A stretch of 61,319 nucleotides of DNA, the filler included, from Welwitschia mirabilis (Eukaryota): NCBI GenBank assembly GCA_051453625.1. It is 6 parts of one record of this genome, joined end to end, with 100 filler letters (N's around TTAATTAATTAA, not from the genome) between each part and the next. Parts side by side here need not be neighbours in the genome. Positions count along the whole stretch, not along the records: positions 25,672 to 41,539 come from JBOZIK010000001.1; 5 more parts are not named here. One strand, written 5' to 3'. The position numbers were made by a program, and so were the translations under genes. The notes beneath the pieces were generated by a model. The model was not told where the DNA came from, searched no databases, and saw nothing but the letters and a program-made list of their open reading frames with translations. Each line of letters begins with the position of its first letter. Within the stretch, counting starts at the first letter, position 1. Shown piece after piece: positions 25,672 to 40,464 of this stretch.

Positions 25672-27138
25672 GTAGCTCTTGGAGATCATGCCTCTCCATC
25701 TCACCATGATGAAACTTCTGATTAGCTTGTCTCTATCCTTTTCACTGATCTTCTCCTTCTTTTTGATCTCTCTTCTGTCTTCTCTCTTTCCTATTTTGTG
25801 TTTTCAATGATGACAAAGGGGAGAATATTTTGTATTTTTAAAACTCTGATGTACCTTTGCAAAATCGTAATACAATCAGTTTTCTTACAAATTTTGTGTA
25901 AAACATTCTGTATTATTTTCTGGTTATTCTTATACTGTATTTGGCAACTCTTCGATTACATGTTTGTTAAATTGTCAGATATCAGGGCATAATATAGCAA
26001 ACAATATTTTTTACTCTGACCATGATTAGACATATATATCTGTTTAGTGTTGTGAATTAAGTGTGTTGGGCAAGTAAGATCATTCTAACCAAGTGTTGAG
26101 CTAAGGGAGAGCATTCTTTCTACCTTTTTGCAATTGTCATCATTGAAAAGGGGGAGATTGTTGAGTAAGGGTCCATTTCAATGATGAACAATAGAACCCA
26201 TCCCTAAACTCAGTTTCAATTCAAGAACGTGACAGGCAAATCAAAATACCTCAGGCCAAGCTTCAACAACTAAGGATCGTCCATCATTTTGTCTAGGACG
26301 TTTGAACCTGGGTGTAGTTAAATACCTGGACATCTGGTCTCTTATCACGGACATCCGGACCTGTATGCTGTCTTTTATATTAGGACATTCGACCTCTCAA
26401 CCTGGGACGTTTGGGCCTGTAATCTGTTTTTTGTGTGGGGACGTTCGACCATCTTATCCGAGACATCCGGCACCTGTCTCTGTTCTTAAAAATGGGACAT
26501 CTGGTAATTTATCTTAGGACATCCGACCAACTATCCGTTGACGCGTGGAAATAACTGAAGATGAATGTTGTGCACTCTAGTCAGGGCGCAAATGGCTAAG
26601 GAAAGGATTGTAATGGCACTCTATTCTATGCAAGGCGCCCTTAGGGTTTTTCTTTAATGAAAAACTATATATGTTCAAATCTAAGAGGGTTGTAAAGCAG
26701 CTGAACTGTGAAAATCATAAGCTGTTGAATCAGAATTGCTGAGTGAATTGCACCCGATCTAAACTCTTGTATTCTTCCTTCTCTGATTGTACTTCTTGCT
26801 AATGAATCAAAGCTCATAGGCTCATACATCATCAGATTTCTTCAGTACATTTTTAGATTGCTCAAGGAGGAGCAACTTTGTAATTGTAGCCTTAGCAAAG
26901 GGTGGTTGTGATGTTGCACCTTTTTGATTAAAGGAACGAGAAGGCTAAAGGCTTGTGCTACCTCTTGTGAGTGGAGTAGGCTTAGAGAGCTGAACCACTA
27001 TAAATCCGTAGTCTCTTTTTGTGTTATCTTTAATTTCTGGTTATTGTAATTGTTTGATCTGTTCAATTAATCATCATTCTTAGTCAAATTTTAAAAACCC
27101 TATTCACCCTCCTCTAGGGTGTTTTTGTGATTCTAATA
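25672..27138 (+). mobile_element. 3' end of a SIRE-like copia: multiple PPTs plus 3' LTR (26159-27138), inserted into the minus-strand copia
   Basis: PPT-like tracts at 25811-25825, 26101-26111 and 26144-26157, then TGTTGAG. GGACATCC/GGACGT repeats in U3 and the terminal motif CTATTCACCCTCCTCTAGG. Copia pol on the opposite strand resumes immediately after 27138. Confidence 0.85.
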
Positions 27139-30100
27139 TCATATGGGTACCAAGGGCCGAAATGTTGAGTGTTTTTCAAATACCTCAATATTCTTTTGAC
27201 ACAAACTAAATGGGGTTCACTTGGATTTGATTGATACTTAGCACAAATTCCTAGGCTATGTGATATATCAGGTCTACTTCTTGTTGTATATAATAAACTT
27301 CCAATTATTCCTCTAAACAGCTTTTGATATGTTTTCTTACTAGTTTCAGCTTTCTTGATTTTTACATTTGTAGAGGGGAGTTTTTACATTTGTAGCATTT
27401 ACCATAACATATTTCTTTAAAATGTCTTAAATATACTTGGTTTGACTAATAAATATCCTATCTTCTATTTGTTTGATTTGCAGCCCCAAGAAAAAATTTA
27501 ACTCTCCTAGCATGCTCATCTCAAATTCATCTTGCAGGATTTTTAGAAACTTTTGGGTAATAGTAATTTCGGCTGAGTTAAAGACTATATCCCTAACATA
27601 TATTTGTGCTATCAACATTTCATTTTTCTCATGCTTAATAAACAAAGTTGAATCAGCATTACCTTTCTAAAAACCATTTGACACTGGAAATGAGTTTAAT
27701 CTCTTAAATCAAGCTCTAGGAGCTTGTTTCGACCCATATAAATCCTTGTTTAGCTTAAACGCATAGTTTAGAAATTTTGGATTTGTGAATCTAAACTGTT
27801 GAGCTACGTAGACTTCCTCGTTAATATAACCATTTAGAAAAGCACTCTTTACGTCCATCTGAAAAAGTTTAATCTTGTAATAGCAAAGCAAGAATCATTC
27901 GAATGGATTCCAACCTAGCAATAGGAGCAAATGTTTGTTCATAATCTATTCCTTCTTGTTGGCTATATCCTTGAGAAACTAAGCGAGCTTTGTTTTAGAT
28001 TATGTTGTGGTTCTCATCCCTCTTGTTTTTAAACATCCATTTTGTTCCATTAATATGTTTAACTTTAGGAGGAGGAACTAAATTCTACACTTTGTTTTTT
28101 TTAAATTGATTTAGCTCTTGTTGCATAGCAATCATTCAACCATTATCCTTTTCAACTTCTTGAAAATTCTTAGGTTCTAGATAGGAGAGAAAACAGAGAC
28201 TATGGCTAATATGCTTACCACTTCTAGTTGTTGTCCTTTTATGAGGGTTACTCATTATAACCTCTTGGGGATGATCTCTTTTAGTTCATTGAGGAAGGAT
28301 GCGACAAGATCTAGTTTCTTCCTTATCTTGGCTAGTGCTTGAGATGAATGGTTGATTTTTGTGTGTAGAGGATTCAACCAAGATATCTATGTGATTACAA
28401 CTATCTATAAAACAGTAATCACAAGAGTCATTGATTCTTACATGAGCCGATTCTTCTACCCTTCCTGTAACTTTGTTGAAGACTCTATAAGCTTTGCTAA
28501 CTGAGGAGTATCCTAGAAATATTCCATTATCAGATTTTGAATCAAATTTACTTATAGGATATTTGTCCTTGAGAATAACACATTTACTATCAAAGACTCT
28601 AAAATAGTTTACATTAGGTTTCTTTCCATATCAAAGCTTCTAAGTGGTTTTCTTAGTACCAGATCTAAGAAATACTCTGTTTGAAACATAACAAGCTGTG
28701 TTCATCACTTTTGTCCATAAATCATGAGGAAAGTATTCATTAAGCATTATTCTAGCCATTTCAATTAAAATTCGATCCTTCCTTTCTGCTATACGGTTTT
28801 GTTGAGGTGTACAAGGGGCTAAATATTGATGGGAGATTCCACTGGCACTACAAAACTCATCAAATTCTATGTTATCAAATTCTCCTCCTCTATCAAGTCG
28901 TATAACCCTGATTAGTCTATCTTGTTCTTTTTGAATTTTCTTTCCAATTTTAACAACCTTCTCAAAATCTTCACCCTTATGGATTAAGAATCCTACCCAA
29001 CAAAATCTGCAAAAGTCATCTACCATGACCAAAAAATATCTTCTTCCTTTAATACTTCTAGTTTGAATGGAACCTATCAAATTCATGTGCATTAACTCGA
29101 TAGTTTTAGTGGTAGAGGTATCCTTTTTCTTGGAAAACTTGATTTTACTTATTCTCCTTGTGAACACGATTCACACACTTTGGCTTAAGCAGCATTTAGC
29201 TTTGGAACACCTTTGACTGTTTATTTGGAAGAGATGGTCTTTAAATCTTTTAAGCTTATATGACCTAATCGACAGTGTCAAAGATAAACTTCATTTGTTT
29301 AGGCTAAATAGCATCCATCTGTTGATTGATCATTGTTTCCAAGCACATACATACATTTAGACCTATGACTTGTGAGGACTTTTTGGTTGGTAAGGCTGTT
29401 GCGTATAACACATTTGTCTTGGTAAAACGAGACAATATTACCTCTATTACATATCTAAGAAATACTTATCAAGTTGTGCTTTAGGTCTTCTACTAAGTGG
29501 GCATCGTCTATAATTAGATGATATTTTATTATAGTGATGGATCCTCTTCCAAGAACGTGGCCTTTACTATCGTCTCCAAAGGTGACTTCTGCACCATCAT
29601 AGTCTTGAAAAGAAACTAACAAACTCTTACTCCCTGTCATATGTCTAGAGCATCTACTATCTAGGTACAATTTAGTTTTCTTTTGCACTTTAAAAGTAGC
29701 ATAAGTAAATAAAGATGTTACATGATTCTTTTTTACCCATTTTTGAGATTTGCCTTCTAAGAGGATTTCAAACAAAAGGAGTTTTTCTAACAAATTTGAA
29801 GTTGTTGCTAGAGTGTCCAAAATAGGCTAATTTTTTATAAGGACAATTCAATTGAATGTGCCCTTGGCTATTACAGTAAAAACATCTTAGACTAGTTCTT
29901 TCGAAGGATTTATATTGAGTTTCCTGACCAAATGAACAGAAGGTAGGAGTTTTGCTAGGGAGGCTACCTAATCCGGATTTATCAAGAGGAGATCTTCCTA
30001 ATCCCAATAGTTTATTTAAGTTATCGTTTCCTTGAGTTAAGCTATTTGCTATATATCTAGCGTCCTCTAGACGTTAGACAAGGATTCAATTTTCAAATTA

Positions 30101-32490
30101 GCATTTTTGAATTCAGATTCAAGTTTTTCTACTGATTTTTTGTATAACAAATTTTTCTTTACTAGATCTAGACTAAGCGCATAGAGATTTTCATAAGCAT
30201 TGAATAGTTCGTCATAGTCGAAATCTAAATCATTGAAATCTTCAAAAACATTTTCAAAATCTCTAGAACTAGTAGAACATTCATCATTTAAAGAACCGGA
30301 GGAGATAGAGGTACTTACCTCTTCAGCTACTGCAAGATATCTGAGATTCAAAGTCTCTCCTTCATCACTTGAGCTAGCTCCTTCGGCCTCAGATTTGTTC
30401 CATGTTGCTTGAAGCACTTTCTTTCCTTTTGTCTTGGCCTTCTTGTCTTTCTTATTGTTTGCACAATCTGTAGCTAAATGTCCAAAACCTTTGTGTTCAT
30501 AACATTAAATTAAAACAGAAGAGTTCTTGCTTTTGCCTTTGAAGGATCTTTTGGACTACTGACCTTCCTTCTTTTTTATAAGAAGCATTTGAAATTCCTT
30601 GTCAGAAGTACAAAATCTTCATCCATTTCATCATCACTTGAATGACCTTCGTTACCCTCTTCACATGTCTTAAGAGCAATACTTCTTTGTTCTGGTGGGT
30701 CTTCTTCTAGGAGAAGGGTTGCTTTGTATGACATTAAAGATCCTTTGAGTTCTTCCACATTCATTATATCTATACATTCACTTTCTTCGATGGCAACTAC
30801 CTTTGGTCTGAACTTCATTATGAGACTCCTCAAGATTTTTCAAGCTATTCGGTTTTCAGGAACTTTTCCTTCCAAGCTCCACATATTGTTGACAATGTTA
30901 CTAACTTTGGTCCATCCTAATATTCTCAAATTTGGTTGTGAGACGTTGCAGCTTTGAGTTCTTTACTACACTCATTCCTTCATGGGCTACTCTGAGAGTT
31001 TCCCACATCTCCTTGGCCCTTGAATACTACTCGATCGTACTCTTCGTTACAAAAGGCATAAATAGTTGCGTTCATGGCTTTCGCATTGTTTTGAAGCTTC
31101 TTCGTGTCATCCTCATCCCACTTGTCTCTAGGTTTCAGGATTATGATCCCATTTGGATCAACTTGCTTTGGAAGATAATAGCCCTGCTCTACCATGTCCC
31201 ATGTTTTAGGATGAAGAGACATCAGAAATATGCTCATCTTTGATTTTCAGTGAGCATAGTTGTTGCCATCGAAAAATGGAGGCTTAGACACTGCATGACC
31301 CTCAGGATGACTAGAGGATGCCCTAATACCTGTACTTGTAAACAGACAAACGATGTACAAATCTAAAGCACTAGGCTCTAATACCAATTGTTAGAACCGT
31401 TAGGCACCCTCGAGGAAGGTGAATAGGGTGTTATTAGAATTTTTCCCAAATTAGGTCAACCTCTTAATAAAAGAACTAAATCTGAAACTAGCTTAAGCAC
31501 ACGAAACTAAATGAGAAAGGCAAGCGAAAGAAACAAACACCAAGACAGTGTGCACCAAAGTTTTATTGTGGTTCAGCAATCCCTACCTACTCTACTCTCA
31601 AGGGACAACAACGTGCCCTCAGCCTCCTCGTTCTCTTAGAACACTCTTCTCCAAGGGCAGCTTACAACACCTTCTACCAAGGGTCAGTTACAACACCCTT
31701 CTCACAAGGGTCAGCTTGCTCAATCCAATGAGCACTTACAAGATGTCAATCAACTTGAGGCCTAATGGTTTGAATGCCTTTCAAGCACAGTACATCAGCA
31801 AGTGATTTAATGTCACTACAATAGGTAGATATTTGAGTGTAGTACAAGTTCAAAATGTTACAACTGAGATTAGCTCATAGAAAAGCTCCAAAGAGATATG
31901 TTACAGAATGATTATCACTTCTTTTATACAAGGTTTACAAAATACAGTTGTTACAACCTCAAACTTAAAGCCCTAGACATTGGAAGATGTGCTAATAAGC
32001 ATCCCTAACTATTGGCGTCTTAAAATCCGCATTTTGACATCACAATGGTTACTTTTTCGCTCCGACGTTCACCTTCCCGGATGTGACCTTGTTTGGATCT
32101 AGACGTCTCGATTATAATACTTAACCCCTTTCAAAATTGCGAAGGATCTCAAACATCCCAGTACAAAGTTTAGACGTCCCCATAATGAAGACTAGTACAG
32201 GGGCAGACGTCCGTCTTAGAATCCAGACATCCATGTAGTTTTCATTTGCGAAAGGGCCAAACATCCCGGTAGAAATCTCAGACGTCCCCATACAATTTTC
32301 CACGCATAGGATTAAACGGCCCAATTTCAGTAATCAGACGTCCCGTACAAACCACCGCATATAGGGTCGGATGTCGCAGTCTCACAGCTGGACGTGACAG
32401 TTGACACACACACTGGATATCTCGATTTTGACTCTACTTTACAGACGGTAAGAGGACTTGAATCATCATTGAAACATAGATTCTTCCATA
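27139..32490 (-). mobile_element. SIRE-like copia: 5' LTR (31389-32490), PBS, degenerate gag-PR-INT-RT; cut near the end of RT
   Basis: PBS GGCTCTAATACCA 31374-31386. gag EGHAVSKPPFFDGNNY with two CCHC knuckles; protease YLDSRCSRHMTG; integrase IRLDRGGEF, TPQQNRIAERK; RT QMDVKSAFLNG, KQAPRA, QIYVRDI, EFEMSMLGELNFFLGLQIKQ. Confidence 0.92.
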
Positions 32491-35400
32491 GAGGTCAATC
32501 AACGGGTGTAAGATCCTTAGTGAATTACCTCACAGATCAAAGACAACAAAAAAGTTTTTTAATGCCTTCACAAAGACGAAATTTTCATGATCAAGCCACA
32601 CGCTTTATGATGATTCAAAATCAACTATACTAGAAGTTAAACAACAGTATCTTACTAAGATGCCTAAAATCAAACAAAGTCGCCTATGTTTTAAAAGAAA
32701 ACACATGCTAATTTATGTGGTCTCCACCAGGGGGCAAATCAATATTGACCTGTATTATAAGATTTGGTAAATTATGAGTGATGACTATTTCAAATGATAA
32801 AAACATGTCACACTTTATCACATATTTTCACCATAAATACATCAATTACCTACTGAGCTCTTTTCTTCTGGTCCTATCTGGGCTTTCAAGAAATGGGGTA
32901 TGAATCTAATAGGGCCTATCACACCCACTTCATCTAAGCAACATGCTTATATTCCACTACCACTGGATACCTTCCAAAATAGGTAAAAGTATCTCCTTTG
33001 TGATAAACAACTATCAAACAAATCCAAAAATTCATCTTAGGTCACATCATTATAAGATTCAGTACATCTTATATAATTGCCACTAAGAATGGTCCACAAT
33101 TTCAATGCACTGATTTGAAAAATTTGTTGAACGAATTTGGAATAAAACATGCATTTTCTACTCCACATTACCCTCAAGCAAATGGTCAAGTTGAGGTCAC
33201 AAATAAGTTGATCATGAACTATCTTAAAAAATTATTGCAAAGAAATCCAAAATTATTGCATGAAAAATTACCTTTCGCACTATGGACTTGTCGCACTCCA
33301 GTAAAAACTGCCACAAGAACAACTCCATTTCAACTACTTTATGGTACCAAGGTAATTCTACTTGCCAGAATCCAAATTCCAACGTTGAAAACTTTGATCA
33401 AGGATTTCAAATGGTCTAGTGTCAAAAAGGAAACATGGCTTGTTCACTTAGAAACTCTAGATGAATAAGGGTAAAAGCATTACAACATACACAACTTTAC
33501 CAGAAATGGGTGAGTGATGCATACAAGAAGTATGTAAATCCAAGATCTTATAATCCAGATGACTTAGTGTTGAAAGAAAATTTGACCAAGAAAACCTCAA
33601 AATTTTCACTGATTTGGTTAGCCCCATTCACCATCTCACAAAAATTTGATAAAGGAACACATGAGTTGAAAAACTTAGATAACATCAAGAATTAAGAACC
33701 AATAAACACTTTATACCTTCCACCATATTGCTAATAAAATTCATAATAAGTAGCACATCCTAATTGCACATCATGGTTTGGATATTTCTTGTAGCTAAAC
33801 ACATACATCAGATTGTTGAAAGAATACGTGTTGCCAATGTACGTGAACAAGGCAGAGAAGGGCATGCACCACATGCACCTGGTGGAGCTCATTTCGTTGC
33901 TTATAACCTTGGCTTTAGTGTAACTGACATACCACCTTATGAGGCTCTACCTTTCAAGAAGGAAGACGATGACATAACCTCCTTTTCACCATGGTTCACA
34001 CTTTGTCACGAGCCTTCCTATGTTACTTGTCCATGCATCACATTTGTCATGTTACTAGATAATAGAGTACACATTTTCCCTTTATCATGTATTTCATGTT
34101 TCTCACTATCCACCTTCATCATCTACTTCCCATTACTCCATTTATCTCACTTCACCCATATCCAACACTTCATTTTGCTATACTCATTTTCACCATATCC
34201 ATAGTCATTTTTTTAATTTAAAATATATAGAGGAGAAGAAAAAATTCAAAAAACAAGGGGGAAAAAGAAGAAAGGAAGAAAAAAATATAATAGCCACAAA
34301 AATATGAAAACACGCAAGGGTGAATGTTTGCACTTTTTCAGGATCATTAGCTTCTATACGCTCCCCATCGTATGTCCTATATACTCAATCATATCTCTTT
34401 ATTGAGTTTTGATCATAATCATTTGCATATGTTTTTCACCATACCTATTTCCTGTTTTACAATCATGCACACCTTCACCCATCCCATTTGCCATAGGCGA
34501 GCTCCCTTCACTTATGTTCCCTTGATTGCTTTGCTTGATCATGGCATTGCCCATATCCCTATCTTCATTTCATCACCATCAAACATTCATTTTCCTACTC
34601 TTCACCCATGTAGCCACCTTTACCTATCTCATAAAGACTTTCGCATTACCATCCTATTCTCATGATTCATATATTCACTTTACTAGCATGTTGTTACCAT
34701 CATCCATATATCCCCATGCTACTTCAGCATTTACCCCATTTCATAATGCATTTTACCATATGATCATACTACATCTTACTAGAGGGATGTCCATCCCCAT
34801 ATTCCCACCTTCTTTAATCCTCCTTTACCACATGCCATGATCACCCTTGTTTCCCATGATCATTATCCCTTGTAACCTTTACCCTCATGTACCATTTTTC
34901 CACATCATTTTGTCATTCATCACTTTTCAGTTTACTAGGATAGATGTTGTCTACCTATCTTTTTCCCTTTTACCTATCTTCATCCATTTTGATTATGATA
35001 TAATACCCATCACATCATTTCCACATACTATATGTTCACATTTTTCCATTTTCCCATTTGGGCATCCCTCATCCTTCATACTATTTTTATTTCCTATTTT
35101 GAGAGATCAAGAGAGAGAGAGAAGGGGGGTAAAAGAAAAAATTCAAAGAAAAGAATGTTCAAAAAAAAGAGGGAAAGGGAAAAGAAAAAAGAAAAAGAAA
35201 AATCAATAATAAAGAAAATCAAAAAATCATCATCGAGTATGTGAAAATTCATGATGAATGCATGTTTACTTTCTTGCTTATAATTTTTTACCATAAGGTT
35301 CATTTACTCACCTCATGTCAAAGAGGAGGCAACTATAGAGTCCTATTTTCTTTTGTCATACACCCCAATTGTCTAGCCCACCTTGTCCTTTCCATCATTT

Positions 35401-35779
35401 CACACTTTTCTCATTATGCATACCTCATGCTATATGTCTCTTTCTAATATTTTGTTCATGTTTTATGTGTCCTTTTACCAATGCCTTTCTCACTGTATGC
35501 TTATCCCTTGATTCTATTCACCTAAATACCCTTTGTACTAATGACTACATGTCCATCACCTTTCCCCCCATATCTATTTAGTTTGTTACACTCACATATC
35601 TCCTATCATCCCATTTCTAACCCAAATTAACCCCCATTAACCTTTCTCCTATATTTAATTTCTAGCCTTTCATTCCCTTTACCACATGGTGTCACTTGGC
35701 CACATTAAATATATCCCAATTTACCCCTTTGCAATGGCATCCACTATTATGGTCATTGGCTAAATTTTGGTCGCCGACA
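32491..35779 (+). mobile_element. Tat/Ogre-like gypsy 3' half: degenerate integrase, long 3' non-coding region, PPT and 3' LTR (35334-35779)
   Basis: Integrase motifs LLRCL...CGLHQG, WGMNLIGPI, STPHYPQANGQVEVTNK, LPFALWTCRT...TPFQLLYG. PPT AAAGAGGAGGCAAC at 35320-35333. LTR ends ...TTTTGGTCGCCGACA. Confidence 0.85.
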
Positions 35780-38700
35780 AAACCCCGCTCAGGTCTGTTT
35801 GCCTTATTTTGCTGCTTCTTTACAATCTTATTCCTCCAGCTTCATAGGATGAAGACATTAACAAACACATAACATTTCAAGAGAATAACTTTGAAGATTC
35901 CAATGATCATGAAAATGAAATGGACTTTGACAAGAGTTTCAAGCTGATTCTGTTTAGAATTAGATAAAGGATGTGCGTTGGAATCCCAGTGGCAAGCGTT
36001 GTCTTCACGTGTGGTGCTTTCATGGAAGCTGGGAAACCTGCAGGTTGCGACGTCTTCACAAATAAATACCCTTGTACTTTTTATTCAAAAATTTAAGCAC
36101 AGTTGAAATATCAGTAGCCTTCACTATCCTTGAAAATGCTACATTGTATAAAGGATCTATTACTGAATTCAATCAGTGTATTCTTGGTCTTGGTCTTGTA
36201 AGCTGCATAGAAGTTACTGAACATATGCAAGGAAGAGATGCAGTCAAGTTGGAGAATGTGTATCAGAAAATTATGTTGAACCCGGATTTGCCTCTTCCAT
36301 GGCCATTTTGAAGTGTTGTTTCTATTGAGAGGATCATGTCTCAGCACCAAAGGTACGAATCTCTACAAAGATCACAGCATTTGTAGAGATGCTACTCTTC
36401 CCTGCCCATGTAAGGTTGTCTGGAAATGGAAGTCAACAAAGATCATTGTATTAAGAGTAAATTTCAAAAACACGGTGAGGAACTCATCTACTTTGTGCGT
36501 GGCATTTTCTCTTACATTACAGTCAGTTCATAACCTGGCCGGTTGATTTGGTCACACAATAGTTATAGCTACGACAACAAGTGTTGTCTAGATGGCTCAT
36601 TTCATTAGGAGTTCCATAGCTGCAGAACTTAGATATTCACAGGAAACTCAGCATGGCTCTGTGACCTTCAGATAGAGCAATTCGTCTCTGTTTGTAAGCT
36701 CGTTCAAAGATCGAGTTTTACGGAAGTTCTTGCTCAGAAAGTCTGGTAGAAGAATCGGATTAATAGAAAAGAGAAATCAACGCTTTCAGCACAGCAACTG
36801 TAGAGCTCTGTAGCTTGCCCACGGTGATGGAGAGAATTCATTTTACCTTCTCCAGTGACTAAATGATTTGAGCAACATTCGACGAAGAACCGTCATGATG
36901 TCTCTTTCCTGCAAGAACGACGGTAAATTGATTATCTTCAACGCAAGCAGACCGCAGATGGAACCCGTTAGCTCATGGAAATGAAAGATACCCATCATGA
37001 ACATAAAGATCTTGGTATACAAATATGGACAAGATGGCAAAGTCAGTACAAAAACTAAAACATGGAAGGCCGATTTCCTTTAGATTCGGCAACAGAAAAA
37101 CAACCTGCAAAAAGACACGGAATAGCGAGCCTCATCCTCATCTCATAACAAGATGGTAAACCATGCCAACCTGAATCACAGAGACTGCCGAAGTTTCGGC
37201 ATAGACAACATTTGAAAAGGAGCAGTAGCTGAGGAAAGTGATAATTTCTTTAAGCCCTGTAAAACTAGGCATTTTGAGGACTTCTCAGATGTTTTCGACA
37301 GGAAAGCATTCTGACAACGATTTGCAAGATAATCAGCCTAGATAAAAAAAACGTCCGAGGACGCCCTGCAAAAACACCGCACAGAGGGAAACGCAGATAA
37401 AGACAGCAGAAGGGAAGCAACTCAGAGACATAGGAAAGACTTCGTGGAAGAGAAGAAAGGCATTGACCCGACAGCAAACGGGCAACCCAAGAAAAGACTA
37501 ATTTTTGCACAATCACTAATTGAAAGCAAGATCAGTTCTGTAGAAGAGAAAATGGCTTCGGTTGCAAATTTCGGACGACTCATATAAGGCACCCCAGAGA
37601 TGAGAGATCAAATAGTGATTCAGGTTTTCTCAGCTGTATTTTCTTCTCCCATTAATTCTATCAATTTCATATGATACAATATTGCGCCCCTCATTGTGTC
37701 CTACTGTGCATGCTTCCATAAATTCACTCAAAGTTTGAAATTCAGTCTTATCCTTTCCTTGAACTTTCATGGTTTTGTTTCACTGAGATTTCGAATTGAA
37801 TTGAGTGAAAATTGAAATCTTTGCACGTTTGAATCTAATTTACGTAGATTTGAAAATTGTGATGTGTTAATCATTTGAAAATTTTCTTTGGCTACCACGA
37901 TTATCTCATCTTTGAAAAGTCACAATTTACATACATGCTTGGTTGCCTTACCCGGCAATTCCTTTTAACTTTGGGAATCAAAATAAATTGACTTATAGGA
38001 CCAGGAATTTAGGTTACACTTTATTTTTTTTAAAGAAAAAGAACCAGGATGTAGTCAATAATATTTTTCAATAATATAGTGTTTTAATGTTGTTTTCCAA
38101 GATCTTGATTACATATATTGAAAAATTTGAAATAGAATGTTAATTGTTCATGGACCACATACATCCTAATCCTAGGAATTTTAACTTTCAAATTATCGTC
38201 ATATCCTGGGTAAAATTGAATAGAACCTTTATTTGACATAAAATCGTATCCTTTAATTTGATTTTAAAAGAAGGGTGTCAAGCTGAAGTGCCACACAATG
38301 GAATTGAAAACCAAAATAATTTTGGGTTGCTAAAAACATATTAGTAACAGAAACCATACCGGGAAAGGGCCACACTAATTGCCTCTTTGCTGTCTGCCCT
38401 TCCCAAACCCCTGGACTCAGAGCGACAGGCACTCACCATCGCGAAATTAGTTTTTCCGATATTCTTTGCTTTCTTGTATGTAACTGTGTTTTTTGCAATT
38501 TCCAATGCTTAAGGCTCTTCTCTGTTTGCACTTGGCTTCTCAGCCATTGCATTCCCATGCAGGGTTGCCTTGCGGCGTTTGCCATTGTGATGTGGTTCCA
38601 TCACATCACTATAATGTCTTTTCAATGTTTGCCTTGTGTTTAGGCTTTGAACGGTATCACAGTTAGGCATCAAACATCAGTAGCCGCAATGAGTCAAGCT

Positions 38701-40464
38701 TTTCGGAGTTGCCTATTTTTCTGGTCTACAATGATCAGCGTGAATCGTCACACAATTCGTTAAGCCAACTAGAGAACTAAATTTTGAGTGAGTGAGCTTT
38801 GCCCATTAACGAGGCCAAATAGTCCTGCGACGTACCATGCACTTCTAGTCGAGATTATGAGTTCAAGTTTTTCAAGTTGTTTTCCCTCTGGGAAAGACGA
38901 ATGACAGTGGTTGCGTAAAACAAATGCTGTTAATGAATCATCAACATGCAATCTGGATAACGAGAATAAACTGAATCCAAGCGTATCAAAGCACTCATCA
39001 CGGTTTGGCTAAGAATACGGCACTTAAGGAGGTAAGCAACACGTCTGCATATATCTATCTCGTTTCTATGTCTTCCTTAGCGTTTCAGCGAAACATCAAT
39101 AAGCTGTTGCTGCTAATGATTGGACCAAGCACTCGGTGTAGGCCTGCCCTTTACTTGGTATTAAATCAAGAATCCATTTTCGTAACCGAAACATGACGAA
39201 TACTCTAGGGAACTAATGGCTGCTATCTTTTCTATCAAACGTTATTGAAGACTACTAGTTTTCATGTCTGATACCGAATGCTGATATTTCTAAATAAAGA
39301 TAACAACGGGGCTATCAGATCTTACAGGTAATATATGCTTTAGTATGATGTATTTAAAATTCCTCGGAAGGTAACAATGATGCAAACTTATAAACTGATA
39401 CGGGGTTTAAGTAGAAACAAGCTTTTAGAAATCTTGGTTCTTAAATATCTTACTCACAATTGTGATTTTAAAATTCTTTAAATCAAGCCTTTGCTGATCG
39501 ATGTCTCAAAACCCTTCCTTCAACATTATTAATTCAAAGATTTAAAGCTTTTTCAATAGCTATGTTTGCCTTTGGTGATAACATACCCATTAGGGCATTA
39601 TGAACAAGCAAAAATTTTTTGACAGTCAAACTTTAAGAATTTATCTGATCTTTTTCATGTCCAGATTCAAACAAGTATCGAAAAGAATAGGGACATCATG
39701 CTTATTTAACAATGGAATGCAATTACAAAAATACCCACCCTCAAGTGAGTTTGTAAACCTTGATAACAAGAAACCCATCAACTGGATTACACTGTTTGTA
39801 GTCCATGTGAACATGCACAGAAATAAAAACCTCAACACAACAACCTAGCGATGCAGGAGCATCTGCCACACTACCAACTTGTCATAAGGAATCTTGCCCA
39901 CACAACCATGAAACAAGTCCAGTCCAATCATAAGCAATACCAGGCAAAGGATGAGGTGAAGGAGAACTAAGCCCATTGATACAAATCCGTCACCACCTTC
40001 TGCAACTACGAGAAATTGGCTTTAACATGTGTAGCTATGATTAACCACTGAACAAGCTTGTTGCCTCCATAAGGGACTTTTCCTATCTGGCACAAAGAGA
40101 ATGGATTTGTGAGAATTTTAAGTTTTGGAGTAACCACTTTTCGTGTGAATTAAAGGGGTTATTTGTTACCTGTGTAGGTATTTGTGCCTCATTTTTGTGT
40201 TCTGTTCTTTCTACCTGTAGGTCTATGCATGAGGACTGCTGTCATTGCATCGTTAGCAGTATCAAAGCTTGGGTTAAGAAGATGCCACTAAGGTGCCATC
40301 GAACAAACAGGATCCTGGGAAGCAATTAAGAGTGTTACAAGGTTGAAGGCACACATGGAAGCCCTCCAAATTGTTCTGTATATGTGCTAGGCTGCAATCT
40401 GAGTTATTCTCAATCTCACACAATGCAGTTGCAGACGATGGAGTGGAACGTGCTTTAAAAGGGT

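Noticed and set aside
33764..35600. Many 70-146 aa H/F/I/S-rich ORFs
   Set aside because: Products of the pyrimidine-rich 3' non-coding region and LTR of the Tat/Ogre element.
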